Source: Eledone cirrhosa | Lineage: Eukaryota | Assembly: GCA_964016885.1 (NCBI GenBank) | Contig: OZ024742.1 | Coordinates: 20,770,001-20,834,000, forward strand | Reading direction: 5' to 3' | Length of the DNA: 64,000 nucleotides | Part shown: positions 54,211-64,000 of the stretch, one piece after another | Numbering within the stretch: the stretch's first letter is position 1 | Layout of the letters: each line of letters opens with the position of its first letter | Program-made: the position numbers and the translations under genes | The notes under the pieces: generated by a model | Database searches by the model: none | Told to the model about the DNA's origin: nothing | Seen by the model: only the letters and a program-made list of their open reading frames with translations

Positions 54211-55989
54211 TATATATATACACACATCCGTGCACACCTATATTCATATACAGATATACATACTAGATACATTTTGGTAATAAGCAACGAGGGAGAAAGT
54301 TTGTACTGATATGTTTATACATATAAATATAGAAAAGAAGGCCTGAACAGCGTTAGACGAAATTCAATTAATACCACTGATAGAAGAAAAACAAAAATAC
54401 TAAGCACGTTGATTAAGGCTTCATTTTACAACGTGTATAACTGCATATCTTTGCCACTAGAAGCAATGAATTGATAATTAAATATAAACGTTTCGTTATT
54501 CATCTGTTTGAAAGTATTCGCTGTTTTAAGCATTTCTCAACAGATTTATCGTAGGAATATAGTTATCCGACAGATTTATTTCACAAAATCCATTAATTGC
54601 AATGTAAACTAATCTGTTTTTGTTTATTATATTTATTTATTTTTGTTCCTTTAATACTTGATACGAATACTTCTGTATATGCAAATATATTTACGTATAT
54701 CTTCTGGAATTCTGTTAGTTCTGCCGACAAGTGTTCCAGTTGTGCCATCAAAGGAACAGCCTGCTCATGAAGTTTACCTGCATATGTCTGAGCATTTCAG
54801 AGAGGCATATACTATTCTCTGTGACATTCAGCGTGGCAATATTGGATTGGCAGTATCGGTAGGGGGTCGGACGCTATACTTTGCAGCATAGAGTTCCGTC
54901 CCTTTATGATCTGAGTTCAAATCCGCTAATTGCAGTGTGTGAGGTACGTTTATTTGCGTCTGTTTTGTCAGTCAACCGCTTATAACAATAATTTACTGTA
55001 TCGAACTTGAGAAAATAGATAGAGATGTACTTAGAAAGCTTTTAATAGGGGTTCACCGGATATTGAGAAGGCACCCTCGAAAATCTTGCTATGTATTTGT
55101 TCCGTATATAACAGTAATATGCGTGGGTTATTTTATTAAAATACGAAAGACTTCTGTAATAATTAAATGATAACTGATCGTAAGAAATCATATTATTTTT
55201 GATAAAGAATGTTCTTGCAATCATACATACTGTGTATTGACGAATGATTTATAATTTGCCTTGCAATCACTAGTTTCCGGGTTCGAGCCCACTGTAGGGC
55301 ATCACTAGAATGTGCCAAATATTATATCCTCAGGTGGAATTATACATTGTGAGTGAAACTGGGTAGAGGGATACTGTTTGGATTACTATCTTGTCAACAG
55401 TATCTGTATTCAAACAGGCAACAATTATCCCACACTGCTCAAACATCTTGAGCTATGGGTACCCGTGTCTGTGGAATTTTCAGGCATTAAATATGGTAAT
55501 GTCACGAACAGGGTTTTCTGTTGATCGAACAAGAAGAACCTTGATTGTCGAAAGCAACGGTGATGCATCGACTTTATAATTAGGATCTGAAAGGTTTCGA
55601 TCATTTCTTTCAATTTATTAAACGTTGGGCTTGCATTTGGGAGGTTGTGAGTCTGATTCTCGGACCTGGTGACATGGTGATGTCCTTGAGCAAGACACTT
55701 TTTTTCACGTTGCTCCAGGTTTCTCAAATGTAGAAATGAGTTGCGACGTCACTGGTGCCAAACTGTATCGGCCATAGCCTGTCCCTTGGAAATATCGGAG
55801 AGACGTGGAGAAGGGAGATTGGTACGCATGGGTAAATCGTGGTTTTTCAGAACCAAACTTTGCCCAGGAGTGAACCTTGGAGCGAAACTTTCTAGGTGCA
55901 AAGCCATGGTTATTAGTGGCCGATGGGATCCGTTAAAAATACTGTACTATTATAGTCAGGCAAATATTTTACTAGTAGAGGCAATCTAT

Positions 55990-56520
55990 CATATGAAATA
56001 GCAAACATCTCTCGTATTATCATGTGAAATAGCATACATCTAATGTATTGTAATATGGAATAGCAAACATTTAACATATAGTCATATGAAATAGCATACA
56101 TCTAATATATTATCATATGAAATAGCATACATCTAATATATTGTCATATGAAATAGCATACATCTAATATATTGTCATATGAAATAGCAAACATCTAATG
56201 TATTGTCATATGAAATAGCATACATCTAATGTATTATCATATGGAATAGCAAACATCTAACATATAGTCATATGAAATAGCATACATCTAATATATTGTC
56301 ATATGGAATAGCATACATCTAATGTATTGTAATATGGAATAGCAAACATTTAACATATAGTCATATGAAATAGCATACATCTAATGTATTATCATATGGA
56401 ATAGCATACATCTAATATATTGTCATATGAAATAGCAAACATCTAATATATTGTCATATGAAATAGCAAACATCTAATGTATTGTCATATGGAATAGCAT
56501 ACATCTAATATATTGTCACA
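55990..56520. repeat. 31-bp minisatellite, ~17 copies
   Basis: Unit catatgaaatagcatacatctaatatattgt. Confidence 0.92.
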
Positions 56521-56729
56521 TATGGATATCCAGTCCGTTACTATACTATTATATATATTCTATAACACTATTTACAAAACATCTGAATGATGTGCAAAAA
56601 GAATATTTAAAAATTCGGTTTATATATTTCTTCTGCCAATTGTTTTATTTTGATACATAAAACACGCTCACACACATATCTGAAAAGACAGACACACAGA
56701 TTTAAATACATAAACACGAACATACATAC

Positions 56730-58030
<1,301 letters not shown>

Positions 58031-58639
58031 CATGAATAATATCCGTCAATTCTCACGTGGAATATTTTAGGTAAAGAGATATTGTATATGAGATAAAATA
58101 CATTTTGTCGTTAAACTTGTAAAATAATGTTTGGTATTGAACAGTGTTATATATGTTTGTAAATGCTACAATTCTTTCTAAAATCCGGAAATAATATATC
58201 TTATATACAATACAAATGTATTATGAGCTTTTGGTTTATAAGATTACATATTAAAAACAAACGATGGAATAAAACATAATAATAATACTAATGATTTTTG
58301 ATTTAGGCACAAGGCCAAACATTTTGGGGCACTGAGAAATTTGATGAAATCCTATTAATTCGGCGTCGGGATCCACACGTTTTTATGTAATTTAATTTTT
58401 TGTTTTGAATATTTTAAAACATTTTATGTCTACTACACTTTACAGACATGAATTATACACTGATGGAAATATAAAAAAATTATAAAAACAAAATAAAGTA
58501 ACGATTAAACTGGATGAAGAGGTAGAGAAGGGCAGAACTGGTTGTATAGGAAAGTGAAAGAAAGGAGTATAGAAGCCATACATGAGAAGATAAAGGAGGG
58601 AAAGAGCAAGAACTATAGGCAATGGAAGAAAGAGAGGAA

Positions 58640-58910
58640 GGAAAAGGAGAGGATGGCAGACCCTACAGTTAGGTCAGGATGTTGTTCCGACTGTTTTCAG
58701 TGGATAAACCTTCAAAGACATTTCCGTCCGCGGACAATGGCCAGCGACACTCACTGCAACAGCCCACCCACCACACCTCACGGGGCTTCTTCCTCGGACT
58801 GCCTGCTGATGTTCCGATTTTACAGGAAAGTGCGACTGTACGGGGTCTGAAGAGGCCTGAGATCTCCACGGTGACCGGTGCAAAGAAGAAGTTCAGATAT
58901 TTGCTTGCCT
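58640..58910 (-). mobile_element. CRE-clade-like non-LTR 3' fragment (RLE C-terminus)
   Basis: KY..FFAPVTVEISGLFRPRTVALSCKIG then LLQ*VSLAIVRG, matching the CRE pattern F.P..vEt.G..G......lG...l.QrvSlAi.RGN. Confidence 0.55.
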
Positions 58911-61900
58911 TGCTAATATTTAATTACATCTGCAATATAATATTAAAATAATAAGCCACGAATTATGGCCAGCACATTGAAGAAATTTTAGATAAGACTA
59001 AAAGCACTCCCTCCCTCACCAAAGGAAATGTTATCTAAATCCATATTCTTTGTATTAATTATGGTTATATTAAATTATGGGACTTCGATTCACTGAATTA
59101 TTATTTTCTTGAAATTAAAAAAAGACTCTTCATATCGAAAAAGTTCCCCAACCTTGCTATAAACCAACAAGCCGAGCATTAAAATTCATACAAATATTCA
59201 TAAATATATATATGTATACATATATAAACATTTTTTCCAAGTAAATTTTGTTATCTTTATCCAAGCACACATAAACAGGAACTCTCTTACACATACAAAC
59301 GCATACTCTCACAAATAGGCAATTATATACGCAGAGCAGTCAGTGTGGCTATACGTTCTGGGGTATATTAGATAAATATTACGCTAGGAAATATTGCTAT
59401 ATATTTTACATATTTTACATGTTCTACAAAATGTTTATGTTTATACAAATATAGATATATTTTTTAGTATCTCTTCGAAAATGATGCCACCCTTTTCTCC
59501 CCGTGGAATATTCTGTATAAAACGATGTTGCACAAAACAAAATAACATTGGTCATTGGAATTGTAACAATATGTTTGAAGATGAAATACGCCACATGTGT
59601 TTGTGAGTGTTACTACATTTATTTAAAACATCCTAACATAGCATACAATATATATTTGTCCATTTATCCATTTAAAGATAAAATATAGATATACACAATA
59701 TATATCTTGTTTCATATGTGGAGATTATAGAAAAGGAAACTAATGTGAATCGAATAGCTGCTTAAACTTTTCATTAGATCTGTACATTTTTATGCCTTTC
59801 ATCTGTAATGCAATGTTATATACATCTTTTATCCTTGATTAGGGAGGATAATTAAAAGCCTTCAAAAGCAGCAGCACTAAAACAACCGCAACAACAAACG
59901 CACCAACAACAAAGACAACAACAACAGCAACAAAGTTAACAACAACAACAATACAGTAACGATATAGATTATGTTTGTAATTATTGCAAGATGAAAATAA
60001 TTAATCACAAATTGAAACCGACTAACATCTGCTGGCTACAATGTATTTACACTGAGGCATGAAATCAGACTAATTCAACGTTTATTGTAAGACACTAGGT
60101 ATTCTAACAACTTAATTAAACTTGTCATAATGGTTGCTGCCAAATCTATGATATATTATGTATAGAAAATCATTGCATACTTTGAACTTGATATACCACT
60201 GTGAAATTAATGTACGATTTAATGACTCGTGTCTGATTCAATTCCAGGTGATATCCTACTGGAATACGACAGTATAAATGCGATTTTAAATTCTGTGATA
60301 GTTTGAAAGTAAATTAGATAAATGGGTAAATCGAATAAATTGAACGGAAATTCTTCGAAATATGACGAGGGAATCATAAATGCATTTATATTAATTTAAA
60401 AAAAAACAATAAAAAGGAAACAAAGATGTTAAAATATTTTGAATTTATATAATTAATTTTCATATATCAATTGTTGTAGATGCGTTATATTTTAGAATAT
60501 ACTTGGAAGGTATCATATCTACTATAGCTACTTAAAAAGATAAAGTCTGTTTAACCCAAAGGCTCATCAGGCCGGTGCTAATCCTTGCTTTCCTTGACGG
60601 TAAGTGACGGAGAGTACAAGACTCTCCCTAGATAGGAAGCTGTTTTGTCGCAGGATTCACTCCCCAGCTACTGCTGGTGGTCACTCTGAGATGGGTATAC
60701 TGGAGTAACGTGAAATAAAGTGTTTTCCTCAAGAACACAACGCAACGGCCTGTTTAGGAATCGTCCTACGATCGTAAGTCAAACGTCCTAAGCATTAGAC
60801 CATGCGGCGCCATGCACTGTAGCTACTGGAATTGTTTTAATCACCACATATCTCAAATGAAACCGAACTTTGCTATATTTATTTAGCTGTAGTATTAACA
60901 TAGCTTTGTGGCATATAACGTCATATATGCCTCTATAAGGAATCATGCTATGTTAGTGCTACTGCTAATCAATTGTTTCTACATTTGGCACAATTCCAGC
61001 AATTACTCCAGTGCATTACTGGTACTTTATTTTATCGACCCCGTAAGGATGAAAGGCAAAGTTAACCTCGGCGAGTTTGAACTCAGAACGGAAAGGGACA
61101 TAACTTTTTGCTGGAAAGCATGGTGTCTGATACTCTACCGATACTGCCAATCCACTGCTAATTAATTGTTTCTACTATTGACACAAGACCAGCAATTATC
61201 CCAGTGCATTACTGGTACTTTATTTTATCGACCCCGTAAGGATGAAAGGCAAAGTTCTGCTAATTAATACCAGCCCATCAGGTTCGCATTATATGTAAAC
61301 AGTATCTCCTTTGATGTACCATTCGCAAAATCTATATAGGCGATAGTTTATATTTCCTTAATAGCTATTTGTTGGTTACAGAAAATGGATAAAAACCCTG
61401 ACACACTAGTGTTAGAAGTGTGCTGCACACCAATACTGACGAAGCAGTTAACTGTAGAAACAATACATCGCCTAACTAAATGTCTCTACAGTAAGTTACA
61501 GCTATCTATATTTTGGTATAATCTTTGATGTTATCCATCAATGGATCGCTAACATGCACACTCGTCCTATACCAGAGTGGATGATGTCTTTTGTCGGTTT
61601 GCTTTTTCTTGGGGATCTATGGTTGAAATATGTTGAAGTATTCATAGGAGAAGTTAGATTTAGATTTCTGATATCCTAAACGGACGGTAGTCCGTTTAGT
61701 AATATTGTTGTTGTCGTGTTTTCGTTGGCAATCGTTTTTTTACGACAGTACAGCGCGGCTCTACTTTATTTAACTGAGATAAAACTTATATGAGCATGAA
61801 CAGTAGATCATTACGCATCTTTTGGCTTAAAAATCTAAAAATTTGGTCCAGCGGGTAAAAGTTTATAATCAAAGTTTGCTCATAAGTGCTTCAAGTGAGT

Positions 61901-61918
61901 GAGTAGTAAGCGTGACGC

Positions 61919-62050
61919 TAGGGGAGGTAATCCAGAAATGACGAATTCTTTTTAGGCGGAACTCTTGTGATTGTGATTACGTTAGTCAAATGTAGTCAAA
62001 TCGCCGAATCCCCTCCTCCTAATTGACTACGTCATTTCTGAACGGCCCTA
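61919..62050. mobile_element. Short MITE with TIRs
   Basis: tagggg..tccagaaatgacg ... cgtcatttctgaacggcccta. Confidence 0.65.
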
Positions 62051-62859
62051 CTTGCGTCAGTGTGAAACATTACTTCACTTTTCACTGCTAAAATGCTTTT
62101 TAAATACTTCGTTAAAAATTTATGTTTATTATCAAAGCTATTTTTTGTACCAATCTATCAATAGTTTGCGAAAATATAGGTAAACATGTGAGTTAAATTT
62201 TTTTTAAACGCATCGATCGCTTTGTCGCACCGACTGTGACACTGTCTGACTGTCTGTCTGACTGACACCTTTGTCGGACCGACACCTTTGTTCAAGCGGA
62301 CAACTTTGTGTCACTGACACCTTTGTTCGTGCCGGAATCTCTGCGAAACACCGATGACAACAACCAGACCAAAATTTCACTTCATTCTTGATTCTTCTTC
62401 AAGACCGATCGCCGACCGATCGTATCGGTTGCTCTTCATATACCAGGTATTCAACAGATAGTTTGCACTTCTAGTATTATTAACAGTCGTGCGATTTTTT
62501 GTACCGATAGGTGCGAATAGTGCGCTATATTTTTGTACCGATAGGGGCGAATAGTGCGATAGGTGCGAATAGTGTACAATATTTTCTGAGATTTGCATCC
62601 ACTAATTTCGCTTAATTAAAAATGATGTTTCGCGGCTTTTTGATCTGCTGATTCATTTTTTCCATGGCACGGAAATGGAGTATTTCCATTTCGAATCAAA
62701 ACTTTTCACTAAAATCGGGCAATTGAACTGATCAAATTCACATTCATGCCAGTTTTTACAAATCCGTAATTAGAATTGTGGCGAAATCGAATGACCAGAA
62801 GGTATAAAAATATTAATAATTCAAATGTATTTACTTATCATACCAACAAAAATACTTAG

Positions 62860-63420
62860 ATATTTTGTATACCTGGGGCCCGTCAGGGCCAGGTAATGTT
62901 AATCGCCAACATTGTTATCTGTTGTCCTTTTGTGAAAGTATTGGTGGTTCATGTCGGCTCTAATGATCTGAATCATCGTCACACCGTTAGCACTACAAAG
63001 CTGTGCAAAGTAATACAATAATTTTTGCCCAAGTTTTTTTTATTAATCATTTATTTGTAAATTAAGGACAAAGTGCCCATTCGAGGCACAACACCGGAAA
63101 AACAGGGGAAGAGTCTCTTTGCAAGGCTACAGAAAATAGCGGAAAAGCACCACTGTACACCCATTTTCTACAGTGGTGTCATTCCACGTCCACAAAGTGT
63201 AATTGAAAATAAAAATGACTTGGGCAAGAGAAATTCTCGTTTGGAAAAGTTTAATTACTGCATGAAAGAAATGATTCAAAAATTGAACTTGCCCAATCTT
63301 CACAACATTGAAAATTGGTCAACATTTGACAAATCTGACTTCAAACCAGATATGATTCATTTGAACAATGTTGGAAATCTTAAATTGACACAAATTTTTG
63401 CCAATGTTTTTGCCACCTGA
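62860..63420 (+). CDS. SGNH/GDSL esterase-like gene, exons 62860-63009 and 63067-63420; upstream exon(s) appear degraded
   Basis: IFCIPGAR (block II), VLVVHVGSNDL (block III), SGVIPR and DMIHLN (block V). A phase-0 GT-AG intron at 63010-63066 joins the two parts in frame. Confidence 0.7.
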
Positions 63421-63600
63421 TCCTTGTTCTATGGCTGACTGACTAAATTTGTGACTTAATAAAATGTCATCATACTAGTAATGCACAATGGTCATTTTTA
63501 AATTTAAATTTTATTAAATAGTTGTTTCTTGCATTGCCTTAAAATAGTAACAAGAATGTACACATACTTTTTAAAAATACATCATTATCAGTCAAATCAG

Positions 63601-63961
63601 TCAAATGTCACTAAAGGCCAGGTAGTCGATAACAACTTCTATAAGATTAGTTACATGCTCACACATTGGATCACCTCTCATCAATGGCATTGGGTGTCTG
63701 AGATAATCGTGGAGATAACTGATGAAGTCACAAATGAAGTGATGGTCTTCCAGTGTGAACAACTCCCTATATCCATTGATATATGTGATGGCTTCCGATT
63801 CATAGGTGCATTTTATGAGGAATTCCATGCATCCGATTTTCAGTGATTCAATGGGCATTTTATCAGAGATGATAAGGTATTTGACCACGTTTTGCTTTGT
63901 AAGTAAATTGGAGAGAATCACTGCAGTCAAAGTCATTTCTTTGCATGGGTTTTTGTCCGTT
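63601..63961 (-). CDS. Terminal exon of a BTB/BACK (SPOP C-terminus)-like protein; continues beyond the window
   Basis: L..LLTKQNVVKYLIISDKMPIESLKIGCMEFL resembles NV...L..AD......LK..C..FI. Acceptor ttttag at ~63962-63967. Confidence 0.5.
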
Positions 63962-64000
63962 CTAAAAAGTTAAAATGATAAAGTATTACTACTATATAAC

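Overview
AT-rich, repeat-dominated animal genomic DNA with no confidently identified conserved host gene. The abundant SINE families and (AT)n/(AC)n/(AAT)n load resemble an octopus genome (inference). 1-33 kb is a stack of decayed non-LTR retrotransposons sitting in or ending in (AAT)n: two head-to-tail Tx1-type L1 elements and four R4/Dong-clade copies, two of which lie in an inverted duplication with shared flanks. 34-54 kb is a (TA)n-associated cluster of Penelope-like elements (PLEs). It holds a Naiad-type RT/GIY-YIG element with ~318-bp inverted termini, several 100-260-bp-arm fold-backs and many type I hammerhead ribozyme (HHR) motifs. The standout is a near-identical 466-bp tandem array at 36.3-38.7 kb: about 4.3 direct units plus one partial inverted unit, one HHR per unit, no credible coding capacity. 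It looks like a recently inserted retrozyme (circular-RNA-derived element). The right end has a spliced SGNH-esterase-like gene with ~57-bp introns facing a BTB/BACK-like exon, possibly cargo of a larger mobile element. All alignments and folds were done by eye; boundaries are approximate.
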